Shown here piece after piece: positions 13,510-25,508 of a DNA stretch of 64,000 nucleotides. The stretch covers positions 193,998,001 to 194,062,000 of the forward strand of contig CM097882.1 of assembly GCA_044892505.1 (NCBI GenBank), in the 5' to 3' direction. Source of the DNA: Schmidtea nova (taxonomy: Eukaryota). Below the pieces are notes generated by a model. That model saw only the letters and a list, made by a program, of their open reading frames with translations. It did not search any database and was not told where the DNA came from. The stretch's first letter is position 1; each line of letters starts with the position of its first letter. A program made the position numbers and the translations under genes.

Positions 13510-15285
13510 TATTGTTTAAAGAAATTTTGATCTATAGTCATCATTATGGGAATTATTGATATTATTATTAAAAAAAGATCAAANNNNNNNNNNNNNNNNN
13601 NNNNNNNNNNNNNNNNNNNNNNNNNNNNNNNNNNNNNNNNNNNNNNNNNNNNNNNNNNNNNNNNNNNNNNNNNNNNNNNNNNNNNNNNNNNNNNNNNNNN
13701 NNNNNNNNNNNNNNNNNNNNNNNNNNNNNNNNNNNNNNNNNNNNNNNNNNNNNNNNNNNNNNNNNNNNNNNNNNNNNNNNNNNNNNNNNNNNNNNNNNNN
13801 NNNATTAGTTAATCTTTAATTTAATTTATTTTTTATTTTTAATTTATTTTTTGTTAATATTTTGGGAGCTACTTTTTACATGAGCACAAAAACGTGCGTA
13901 TTTTTTACATGATCCAAAAATTCTGCAATAATTTTTTTACAAAAGATAATTTAATTTTAGAAAAAGCTTAATTACAAAAACAAATTTATTAAAACACCTT
14001 GCGATCGGTTTATTATTCGTTTTTTTATTCGTAAATTTTACCTATAAAACTTTTGTGATATTTTGTTCTGCTTGTAATGCCTAGAAAAATAATCAATGCA
14101 ATTCGGCAAATACAATAAATAATACTATTTTCATTAAATACAAATCTTCCAAGATTTTGAATTTAAAGATTTTTGGGAAGATGCTAAATTCGATTAGAAC
14201 ATAATTGAAAAAACAAAAAAAATTAATATTTATTTGTTTTCACTATTTATTTCCATATCTTAGTTGAATTAAGTTAGAAACTCAACATATTCATCAGCAC
14301 TGACTGAATGTGGTCCGTGACGTCAGCAATTGAAAGTTGTGGCTACCCATTTTATAATGAATTTGATAAGTTTTAGGGAATCAAACTTTTGGCCTTATAT
14401 AATGTTAGTACTGTTATGTGTAAGTTTTTAGATTATTTTAGATAATTAACTTCATATTAATTTTGTTAAGAAATTTATTAAGAAAAACATTTAGAAAAGT
14501 AAAAAACTAACGTTTGATTGTTATCAAACTTAGAAAATTTAATCATTAAAGTTTTGCATTAGAATTCTTTTTATATTTTTAATTTAATCTATCGATTTGT
14601 AAATATTTTTAATTATAAAGTGAATAATAACTCGTCTATATATATTTGACATCGTAAATTAACAATTGACTCATGGTTAATTTATTTTTATTACCTTAAT
14701 TAATTAATGACTGAACGCACTTTTTTGAAATATTTATGAAAAATTGTTTACTTACATTAACGTAGGCGTTGTGAAAAAATATTCTTAAAATTTCAGTTAC
14801 AAGTAACTAAACTATTTAGCCACAAAAAATGTCAAAGAGCCGCAATTTGAGCACCCATGGTATATAGTTATATAGTATACATATCATTCTTTTATAATTT
14901 GAAACACCGCAGCGGTTTCAAATACAATCTTATGTATTTTACAGATGCCTTAAAACTACAATTATAAATCATACATTGGCACGATAGATAATGTGGCCAC
15001 CAACTAAGTAACCAGAAGCCTTTCAGGGATTTGATTGGGATGTCAAATGCGAACTTGTATATTCTTGCATATTCTTGTATATTCTTCAAATTTTATAAAT
15101 ATTTATATTTAAAGAAATAAAAATTTTCAAGATATTTCCTTATTTAACCAACTATAATAAAAATAGTTTAATATTTCAAAAAATTTAAATTTAAAATAAG
15201 ACTGACTAAAATTTATCAATTGTTATATATTATTTAAAATATTTTATCTACTAAAACAACAAAATATTTATTTTAAAAACCTCAT

Positions 15286-16002
15286 TTAGTCATCAAATAA
15301 ATGGCTTATATCTTCAAAATTTAAACGTGACTCAGAACTATTTATTCCCAGGATATTTTCTAATGAAACAGATTCGTGAGTTTCTTGGTTTTCAAAAAGA
15401 AAATTTATTGGAATAAGTTTATGAGCGGTAGCGAATTTGCAGGCCAAATTAGCTAAAATACCTGCTCTTGCTAAATCTTCGGTAATAATTTTAATTCTGC
15501 CGCTATTATAAAAGATGACTGTTTCTTTAAAATCACCATTTTTTAAACCTTTGCTGTTAGGATCTGCTTGATAAACAACGTAGTGAGGTGCTTCTGTGTC
15601 GAAACTAAACTTATATGGATCAATTTTGCTTAAACTGTCTAGGTTTATTCTATGATTAACACTGAAAGTAGTGAAAATATTCGTTTGACGATAGTCTCTC
15701 AGCATTACCGGGATTCCATTTTTCTGAAGTCTTCTTGCTACCTTCCTTGCAATTTGCTTAGCAATATCTAAAGATTTGGCCCCTCTAATTATTAAAGCCC
15801 CAGATCTAAATATAATAACTTCTTTGCACTCAGGATAATAGATATTAGAATTTGTTGAAACAAATTCAATTTTAGCGTACGGTTGGTTAGAATTATAGGT
15901 GACGTTTCTGAAATGTTCAATTACGTTTTCCAGCTCAATCGATTTATAAGATAGTTTCGCTGCTGCATTGACGCAGTAAATCTTCAATTTTATTGTTTCC
16001 AT
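15286..16002 (-). CDS. TBP-like: Divergent TATA-binding-protein family protein (TBP-related factor), 238 aa, intronless
   Basis: Two TBP repeats: IIFRSGALIIRGAKS...ARKVARRLQKNG (cf. LIFSSGKMVCTGAKS...ARKYARVVQKLG) and TNIFT...VIFYNSGRI. Uninterrupted ATG-to-stop ORF with an acidic C-terminal extension. Confidence 0.85.
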   Translation of the reverse strand: METIKLKIYCVNAAAKLSYKSIELENVIEHFRNVTYNSNQPYAKIEFVSTNSNIYYPECKEVIIFRSGALIIRGAKSLDIAKQIARKVARRLQKNGIPVMLRDYRQTNIFTTFSVNHRINLDSLSKIDPYKFSFDTEAPHYVVYQADPNSKGLKNGDFKETVIFYNSGRIKIITEDLARAGILANLACKFATAHKLIPINFLFENQETHESVSLENILGINSSESRLNFEDISHLFDD

Positions 16003-16269
16003 TTATTTTAATATTTAAATTGTTGGAAAATAAATCATATCTTGATAATAATTTATATTTGTCTGAAACATGATTGGCTAGAAATAAAAAATAATGAAAT
16101 CAAAAATTATAAATTAAAACATTATTTGATCAGTAAATTAATAAGAGTTTCATTTAAAACTATATTTATAATTTAAAATGAATAAGAAAATTATAAAATG
16201 AAATTTTAATAAAGTTAAAGTTAATTTTAACAAATTTTAAATTATTGTTTACTTAAAATTAAAAATATT

Positions 16270-16720
16270 TCAATCTGGGGTTATTCTCCTGGGTATCCCT
16301 TCAGCACTATTTTTGAACCAACACTGGTTTGTATAATGACCAATTTTCTTGCAATGTTCACACTGAATAACTCCAGATCTCTCAGCGCCTTGAAGATTAC
16401 GGCTTGATCTATTTACATTTACCTCGTTTCTCCCTTTGGGTGATGGGCTTTTCGAACATCGGAAATTTATTTTCTGGCTCCCAACTGTTTTGGGTTGGGT
16501 TAATTGATTTTTCTATTTGAACTGGAATAACCGCGAATACATCAGATTTGTTTTAGTGCTCTTTAATTTAATTCAATTTTCATTGCCTTTTTAACTAATT
16601 CATCAAAATTGTCATAATCGACACAGAATAATACCATTTTTATCTCTTTATTTATTCCGGACGAAAATTGGTCTTGAATTAGCTCCTGCATATGTTGGGC
16701 AAAAACTGAGAGTTGTTTGA
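16270..16720 (-). pseudogene. LTR-retrotransposon gag relic with CCHC zinc knuckle
   Basis: LIQDQFSSGI...FDELVKKAMKIE, then after stops/frameshifts CEHCKKIGHYTNQC (16321-16362). Confidence 0.65.
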
Positions 16721-17728
16721 ATGAAGCGGTAACACAGCACGTTGAGAGCGCGCAAGAAATATTTTTAAAATTCTGAGTTAAAACACAAAGTAAAACACAG
16801 TAATCACAAAATACCGAAATAATTAAATAAAACACGTTTAAAAATTAAAATGAACAAAAGCGCATCAAAGATACACGTGAAATACACATATATAACATAA
16901 AACATCAATAATGTAATAAAATTAAAAAGTAGTAAAAATTAACATTTTTAGAAAAAATTTTCGATTTTTATTCAAAAAATTTATAAAAATATGAAAGAAA
17001 ATTATTTTAGTTAAAAATTTAGCAAATTAAACTAAATTAGGAAAAATTAAATTATTTAAAGTTTTATTAAAACTTTATACAAAAATAATAATTCAGTTTT
17101 ACTTAAAATTGTTAAATTTAATTTTGAAATAATCGAAAATTCTTTCTAGAACAATTTGTTTTAATGCATCAGCGAAAATAACAGTCTGAAATAAGTTTAT
17201 ATACCGCCATCAAAATCATTAAATTCAGAATTTGTGACTACCAAAAGTTTACAGAAATTTTTTACTAACAACTCGGTACTATTTCTAAAAGCGGCCCCTA
17301 GATAAAAATTAGGCTTCGTTACAACTATAGTCAATTCCCACAGCACCGATATACATCCTCAGTAGATCACCTAAATCAAAGAGCTCTTGTTAAGAACGGC
17401 ATCTGAATTTATCATCCCGATTGGAAGAACGATCTGAAAAAATGTAAGGGCTATTTTCTAATTCGGTGTGAGACTTTCGAGATCAAGCCTTGATCGTCTC
17501 ATACCAAGTATCTTTTATTTAATTATTGATTTATTATTCACAATTTGATTTATTTATGCATAGGTTATTCAGTATGTGTTGAAATTATTTTTTTACTTTT
17601 AATTTTTTTTCTTTTTATCTATTCTAGACCGATTTGTATTAAGAGCAAAAGTGAAAATCCTATCACATCACTTTATAAAAATTGTAAAAATAAAACCAGC
17701 ATTTACCATATAAATTATATAAATATGA

Positions 17729-17729
<1 letters not shown>

Positions 17730-17788
<59 letters not shown>

Positions 17789-17805
17789 TTATTTATTTAT
17801 TTATA
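17730..17805. repeat. (TA)n followed by (TATT)n microsatellite
   Basis: Direct reading. Confidence 0.95.
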
Positions 17806-18417
17806 AATTAAAGTTTCCATACGTCTGATGATGGTCTAGCAATAAGTTGTACCATCGTAAGTCGCTTTGGTAAATCATCAGTCAGCTGGGGTTTGTTCAG
17901 CTTTCTGATCCATTTTTTATCGAAGTCAGCACAAACATCCAATAACACTTCATTTCATACCTGGCTGTATGAGGAGTAGTGGTTTGGCCAAGCGCAAAGT
18001 TGTTCAAATTAAAATTATTTATATTATATTACAATAACTATATATATATATAGAGAGAGAGAGAGAGATAGATATATATATATATATGAAGCTCATTAAT
18101 TATTCACAACTATACAAAAGATCTGACTATGTATCCACCTCGTAAATCACCTTCACTCACATGAACTTCTTTTTCACTTCGTCACAAAAGAAATCCTAAA
18201 GTCATTTAGAAAATCGAATTGATAAAGATCGTCTAACTAGAAACTCAAAAATTAATAAGAATATCTAGATTTAATAAAGAATATAGATTGTATCAGAGTA
18301 TATAAAATTATATTTGATTTTATTCAGCTAAATTCCACTTTAATCGGAAAGAGTTATATAAATTGTTGAGTGTTTAAATAATCTAAAGAGAGGTGTATTT
18401 TTAAATAAATAATTATC

Positions 18418-19560
18418 TTGCAATTTGTATTTTTAATAAATTCAGAAGGAGTCATAACTGGCTTACCACGCCAAGAAATCAATGCCGTAACTAGACAGCA
18501 GACGACTAAAAGTATGTCGGAGTCATTATCAAAGCAGGCTCGAGAAATATTAAATTTTAACGTGAGGAAGTTCGATGGAAAAGTTGGTTGTGAGGCCGAA
18601 TTATGGCTAAAAGATATTTCAGAATGGTTGAAGATAGAAGACCAAAGTTTAGTCAATGCATTTGATCTTTTATTGACCGATGCAGCAGCTCTATTATGGG
18701 GAGCAGTCAAAGGAGAGGAAATGACAGATTTAATAGCGAAAGAATGGTTCAATGAAACGTTTACTGTAAAGAAAACAATTACGAACAAGATCATGGAACT
18801 TGCCCAATTACATCAAGAAGGCGATGAGAGATTTCAAGTTTTTGAAATATGAGTTAGAACGTTAGTAAAAAGCGTATTCAGCTCGAAAATGTCGTAAGAA
18901 CAAATTTTCCGGGATATAATCTAAAACAGAGAAAAAAAACGATCGGGGAAAAGAGATATTTATGTCAGGAAAATTAACTAGTTTTGAAGAAGCAAGAGAT
19001 ATGGCGAAAATTCAAGAAAAAATTGAAATGACAAATGGAAACAATTCTAATATATGCGCCATATAAAGAGAATCCTTTGCATCTATTGCAAATAAAGGTA
19101 AATTTAACAGACGTCCGCAATAGAGCATGACAGAGAAATTGAGATACATTCGCGAAGAACGACGAGATCTAAGTTATATATCAGCAAGACCCAAAAATAA
19201 TCAATATGTACCAATAAAGAGGAGGAAAAAACTAAGAACGAACAGTATTTTAAAGGAAAGAATAGTTTTTCAGAAACAGAAAGGAAGATTCCAACAGTAT
19301 CACTGAAAGATATCGCCAGAAGAATATTTAATGACAGTAAGTCGAGAACGACACCAACACCAGAGAAATTAGCTCCTGGTCAGTGTTTCTGTTGTGAAGA
19401 AAGAGGACATCGACGTTTTGAATGCCCAATGAAAGATAGATGTCTCATTTGTGGTAAGGAAGGCCATCGATTCAGAGACTGTTATTTATTGAATAAGAGA
19501 AACAATTACAAGAAAAGAGTAGCATATATATCAAGAAAATCTTACAAATAACAACAACGA
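18418..19560 (+). pseudogene. gypsy gag remnant with two CCHC zinc knuckles
   Basis: FDGKVGCEAELWL; CFCCEERGHRRFEC and CLICGKEGHRFRDC at 19384-19482. Confidence 0.85.
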
Positions 19561-19755
19561 AGACACCAAAGATGCCTATAGTAATTACGACGAAAGGATA
19601 CAAAAGTCAATGGACAAAGCAAAAAACAGAGACGATACCGTTGCTTTCATTTCGTCAGTGAGATCGGCACAATAGAGAAGAGAGAGAATCGAAATGAAGT
19701 CAAGAAGCTGAAAATGTACGAAACGGATGATTAAAGAAAGTGGAGTAAGATTATT

Positions 19756-20016
19756 TTGAATGGAACAGAAATTGATATGTTGTGGGACTCTGGGGCATCA
19801 GTGTCAATGATGAGCAAGAGCAGTTGGACAAAAATAGGAAGACCAAAGCTGACAGTAAGTAATATCTCATTATGTGGAGTGTTTTCATCTAGTTCGGAAA
19901 GACCACTAGGAGAAAGGACGATAGAAGCAGATTGGAAAGGCAAGAGGAGAAAGATAAGTGTGATTGTAGTTACAGACATACGGCCGAATTTTATTGGTGG
20001 TGTAGACACGATGTAA
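19756..20016 (+). pseudogene. gypsy aspartic protease
   Basis: MLWDSGASVSMMS catalytic motif and IGGVD (IxGxD-like) motif. Confidence 0.85.
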
Positions 20017-20680
20017 AAGTTTGGAATTCAGCTGGTAGAGATCAATAATATCGAAGCATTACTTGTGAGGAAGACATATCAGAATGCACAACGAGAAATT
20101 AAATCGCTGGAGATGTTATGGAGTTGTAGACGAAGATTTGGGAAGAATTAAACGGAAATTCAGTGAAATTTTATGGCATCAACCTTTGACTTGGGATTCA
20201 CTGAAATGGTAAAACATGAAATGGATATAACAGGAGTTCCAGTTAGAATACAGTCTAGAAGACAACCAATGCATCTGGAACAAAAACTAGACGAGTTAAT
20301 TATCAACTTACTGGAAGCAAGTCATTAGGAAATATAAAAGTGCATGGAACTCACCGCTGGTGATAATCGCAAAGAAAGACAATTCCATTAGAATGTATGT
20401 AGACTACAGAGGATTGAACGCCATTACAAAAAAGTGTCGTTTCCAATGCCAGATACTTGATTCCTGTTGGATGGCCTGGTAGATTCGAAGTATTTTACTT
20501 CCATTGATCTAGGACATGCCTATTACCAGGTCGGGATGGCGGAAGAAATACAAGACGTCACAGCTTTTAGTACAAGGCAAGGACAATTTTGCTTCAACAG
20601 TTTATCTTTTGGACTGGCAACAGCGCCAGCAACATTCCAGAGGATGATGCACTCAATGCTAGAAAGAATATTGTTTAAAG

Positions 20681-23526
20681 CAGCGGTTCTTAAACTTATT
20701 GAACCCTTTGAGACAAAAAATATCTTGGCGGACCCCAAAGTTCATTCATCAATAAACCAATTAAGACAGTGTTTATAAGAAAAATTAAAATTTATTTACT
20801 GTATTTTTATAATTCACTGAGATACAACACAATATATAAATAACAAATAAAAAAAGTAATCAAATATTTGGATATAACATATAAAATTATGTATGTTTTT
20901 AATTTTTACCATGTGAAGGATAGTGTTGCTTTTGTGACACTAGAATTGCAATATTAGGATCTATATTTGATATGTTTATCCTTAATTCTGGTTCAACATC
21001 CAACCGATTTCGATATTTATTCTTCATGTATAATAGCATCGAGAAAGCTCTTTCACATAAATACGTTGTACAAAATGGAAGTAAATATTTAATTGCTTTT
21101 TCAGCTAATGTTGGATATACATTTTTAACTTTCAACCAAAACTCTTCAACAGTATGTTCATTAAAAGCCAACCTGTAGGAGCTGTCGCATGATAATTCTG
21201 CAAGTTCATCTTGCTCTGAAATTGTCAAATTTTGTACTTCGATATTTTTATCCTTAATTCTGGTTCAACATCCAACCGATTTCGATATTTATTCTTCATG
21301 TATAATAGCATCGAGAAAGCTCTTTCACATAAATACGTTGTACAAAATGGAAGTAAATATTTAATTGCTTTTTCAGCTAATGTTGGATATACATTTTTAA
21401 CTTTCAACCAAAACTCTTCAACAGTATGTTCATTAAAAGCCAACCTGTAGGAGCTGTCGCATGATAATTCTGCAAGTTCATCTTGCTCTGAAATTGTCAA
21501 ATTTTGTACTTCGATATTTTTGCAACAAAATGGATCTCGAACCCATTCATGGTCTGATGTGATAGAAGGAAAATAATTTCTAAAAGATTCTTTTAACATT
21601 TTTATATGTTCAATTAAAATCTGAATTTCTTCGACAGACAGTTTGTTATCAGAACTTTCTACAAATTCATGAAGTGTTGGAAAGGATTCAATAATTCCTT
21701 TTGTTAATCTGCTTATCCACAAATCCATTTTCTTCATTATTGCTTTTATTTTATCTTCTACTTTAAAAATATTTATTGAAGTACCTTGTTAACTTAAATT
21801 TTATTCATTTAGGTAAGAATGAATATCAGCCAAATAACCCACCTTAGCTAGCCAGGAAAAGTCAAAAAAACGATCTTTTAAATAGAAATTATCATTCTCC
21901 ATCAAAAATAATCGTACTTCATCTCGCAGTTCAAAAATTCTATTTAATACCTTTCCACGAGACAACCAACGTACTTCTGCAAGAAGAAGAAGATGTTTAT
22001 GCTGACTACCCATTTCTTCGCATAAAACTTGAAAAAGACGAGAATTTAATGGACGCGCTTTAATAAAATTTACCACAGATACAATTTCAATTAAAGTAGT
22101 TTTTAAAATATCTGACATTTTCTTTGCGGCAAGTGCTTCGCGATGTATGCAACTATGTGTCCAAACTACATTGGGCGCTACAGTTTTAACAAAATTCTTA
22201 AGACCCTTAATTGTTCCACTCATAGGTCGAGCACCGTCCGTGCTCATTCCAATACATTTTGACCACTCCATTTTATTGTTTGTTATAAAGTTGTTCAAGC
22301 AACGAAATATTTCAGCACCAGTTGTCCGTGTTGGAAGCAACTTGCAAAACAAAAAATCTTCATAAATCTTACCGCTAAATTCATATCGAATGAATGAGAG
22401 CAAATTTGGGTTGCTCGCAATATCTGTAGTTTCATCCAGTTGCAATGAGTAAAATTGACTCTTCAAAACACGTTCAATCAATTGGTCCTTAATATTTTGA
22501 GACATCTCACTGATTCTATTTTTAACTGTGTCGTTTGAGAGCGAGATTAAGTTAAGGTCTTGGGCAGCTTTGCTTCCTATCATTGTTGAGACTATTGCTT
22601 TAGCAGCTGGAAGAATTAAATTTTCAGCGATAGTGTGGGGTTTTCCAGATTTGGCTACTAGGAGAGACACTTGAAATGATGCATGTACCGCTTGTTCATT
22701 ATTACTTCCTGTGACGGTTTTTTTAAATCAATTTTTGGCTTGCTTGTAGTTCATGTAATTTCATTTTAAAATATTCAACCGGTTTGTTTACATAATCCTT
22801 ATGTTTCGATTCTAAATGTCGGCGAAGTTTTGCTGGTTTCATCGATTCGTTTGACAAATGGCAGTGACAAATAACACAAAGAGGTTGCTCCACATTTTCA
22901 ATTAATGTAAATGTAAATCCCAATGATAAGTATTCGGCAGAATATTTTCGTGTTTTGCACATCAGTGTCTTCTTCGCCTTGGAACATGATGGGATATCAT
23001 GTTCATCAGAATCAGAATCGTCTCGTTGGTCGTTTTTGCGTTTTGGTAACTTACCGAATTTCAACCATTGATCCATAATTACTAGGAAAACATAAAATTA
23101 TAATTATAGTACCGAATAACTAATAAAAGTGATTATATTTATAAATTTCTTACCCTTTATTTAAAACAATTACTTGTCGTCACTTTTATTATAGTTGGTA
23201 AACTGATTTCACTAGAAAATTAACTTAAAGAAAAATCAATTTAAAGAATAACTAGTTTTTAACGCAGATGGTTGTTCTTTTTAAAGAATTTATTTCCGTG
23301 GTTACTATTACTATTTTTTTTTCAAATTTAAATGGAAAATCAACGATTTTATTTCGATTTGATTTATGCCAATTTGCAAATCTATTAGAATTTAGAAAAA
23401 ATAAAACCAAAAACTTGAAAAAATTTCCGTATTTTTAAATATAAATGTGAGTCATATGCTCGCGGACCCTCTGCCAGCAGCCGGCGGACCCCCAGGGGTC
23501 CGCGGACCACAGTTTAAGAACCGCTG
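20681..23526 (-). mobile_element. Buster/Charlie-type hAT DNA transposon (2846 bp)
   Basis: Perfect 16-bp TIR cagcggttcttaaact. Perfect 8-bp TSD gtttaaag (20673-20680, 23527-23534) with the central TA typical of Buster elements. Confidence 0.95.
20899..23076 (-). pseudogene. Buster-type hAT transposase (BED finger, DETTD, CIHREAL, VRWLSRG, TTYLCERAFS dimerisation domain)
   Basis: Frameshift at ~22720, two tta>taa stops (~21790-21803) and a 272-bp tandem duplication at the 3' end. Confidence 0.92.
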
Positions 23527-24424
23527 GTTTAAAGGAGTTGTGGTTTATCTAGACGATATATTGATTTATGGAAAAGACAGAAAAGAACATAATTTACGGC
23601 TAGAGGAAGTATTCAAAAGGATACAAATAGCAAGGTTGAAGATTAATCCTGGTAAATGCGATATTTTTAAAGAAGAATTGACATTTCTGGGACACACTGT
23701 TAGTTCCAAAGGGATAAAGACGAATGACAAGAAGATCAAAGAAATTAAAGAGGCAGAGATACCGAAATGCGCTAAACAATTGACGTGTTCCTGGGCATGA
23801 CTAACTACTACAGGAAGTTCATAAAAGATTACGCAAAGATTGCTGAACCGTTGTACGCAGCCACTTCCGGATGCGGGAAAATGATTAATTGGTCAGAAGA
23901 TTGCAATAAAAGTTTTGAATTGCGTAAAACAAAATTATGTGAAGCCCCAATCCTGGATTATCCAAGAGTAGAGGACAAATTTATTCTTGACACAGATGCC
24001 AATTTTGAAGCCATTGGAGCCGTTCTGTGTCAAGAAAAAGGAAGCCATACATTAGTGGTTATTGCGTATGGATCAAGACATTACGGCACATGAAAAAGGG
24101 TATTGTGTGACAAGGAAGGAATTGCTTGCAATACATGAATATGTCTTATATTTCAGACAATATCTATACGGGAAGGCTTTTGTAGTGCGAACAGATCACA
24201 AAGCACTAGTCTTCATGAGATACACCAAGAAAGCAATAAGCCCACAGTTTCAGACATGGCTAACCGACCTTTCCGGATATGACTTCGACATGTAATATAG
24301 GAATGGAGAAGAACATGGGAATGCAGACGGTATCTTAAGGATCAAGGGGATGTTATGTGCTCAATGCCAGACACAACATGAAGACGCGAAAGAGGCAAAA
24401 ACCAGAGTGAGAAATATTAGTATA

Positions 24425-24943
24425 TGTTGAGGTTCCCAGAATCTCAACTTGGTATCTTATATAAATAAATAATATAACACTGGTTCAAAGAATTTATTCA
24501 AATACAACAAATACAAATTACCTAAAAAGATTATTACAGATTCACAATTATGTTCCTTTAATGTGTAAATATATATGTATGCGTGAATGCCTTCTGAGCT
24601 CGATATCTTGTTTGCTCGAAATTATTATTTAAATAGTCGATAACAACTATGAAATTCTTCTTTCGCAAAGATTTTATGGGTGATTTGACTGAAAAATCAG
24701 TCAGTTTATATACTAAATTTAAAGGTACTTAATCTGTCAATAATGATTGTTATTTTGCTTCTTGAGTTGATTGAAATTGTTTTGAAAATAGAGTTGCTTT
24801 CAAAACAGAATTTTTTTCAAAATTATTTTTTAACATTGGGATATTATTTCATTTTTCTGACATTAGTAGGTCATAAATATAATTTATTTAAACAAACAGT
24901 AATTTATTTATTTTTAATTTATTTAAACAATCTGTATTATTTA

Positions 24944-24989
<46 letters not shown>

Positions 24990-25504
24990 TATTGAATTAA
25001 AATATTAAAATATAAATGAAAATATAATCCATTTTCCAAATAGTTAAAAAATTAATTTACATAAAATATTTTCAAAACAAAATATTCTTTCAAAATTATA
25101 TAAAATTTTGTCCATCACCATAAAAAACGTCAATAAATGTTAGCAATATCACAAATTATAAATTGTCATTACAAAAATTAATTGTCAACAATATTTTATT
25201 AACAGAAACAAAATAAAATTATCCCATAAAATAAAAATTGCCAGATAGTCACAGCTTAATCACATAATTTTCATGAATATACAATAGATAATTATCATCA
25301 TAAAACAAAAGTCAAATAAGATAAACAGTAAAATATCATCATATAGAATCACTAAAATCATAATGTCATTGGAGTTGATATTTTCCATTGATTATTGAAT
25401 TGTCATTGCCATCCGATCCACATGTATATTTATTATGTACCTTCCGTTTCCCACTGCATAATATTTTAATTTTAAAACCCTTATTTTACGCCTATCTTCT
25501 AACA
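24425..25504 (-). mobile_element. Solo LTR (1080 bp) inserted into gypsy pol
   Basis: TGTT...AACA ends and a 4-bp TSD TATA (24421-24424, 25505-25508). Excision restores the frame TRVRNISI|LQKTGSMTRLL. AATAAA near the 3' end on the - strand; internal (TAT)n. Confidence 0.8.
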
Positions 25505-25508
25505 TATA

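Larger units (their letters stand above)
9446..13560. mobile_element. Penelope-like retroelement (PLE) in partial inverted arrangement
   Basis: A - strand copy (11950 to 9446, cut by an N gap) and a + strand 3' copy (11950-13390 onwards) form an inverted repeat. RT and GIY-YIG motifs present; hammerhead at the 3' end. Confidence 0.92.
20340..24424 (+). pseudogene. gypsy RT-RNase H, split by the hAT insertion at 20681-23526
   Basis: Removing the hAT element and one TSD restores ERILFKGVVVYLDDILIYG. Confidence 0.9.

Noticed and set aside
13546-13819. ORFs made mostly of X (also 41519-42081, 46155-46700, 52455-52948, 53485-53772)
   Set aside because: Artefacts of N-gap translation.
14892-15089. 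65-aa ORF with YKFAFDI..WWP, superficially like DCN1-family proteins; nearby hairpin tttgaaacaccgcagcggtttcaaa
   Set aside because: Motif spacing does not fit DCN1 and there are no supporting exons; the hairpin is isolated.
17545-17811. ORFs with IYIYIY or YYYY runs (also 24743-25000)
   Set aside because: Microsatellite translations.
17822-17865. ctgatga-tggt..acca motif as a second hammerhead
   Set aside because: Lacks the GAAA core (tcgtaa instead) and a convincing helix I.
17960-18417. Candidate 5' LTR for the gypsy element, paired with 27038-27573
   Set aside because: No similarity between the two regions; no PBS or PPT recognisable.
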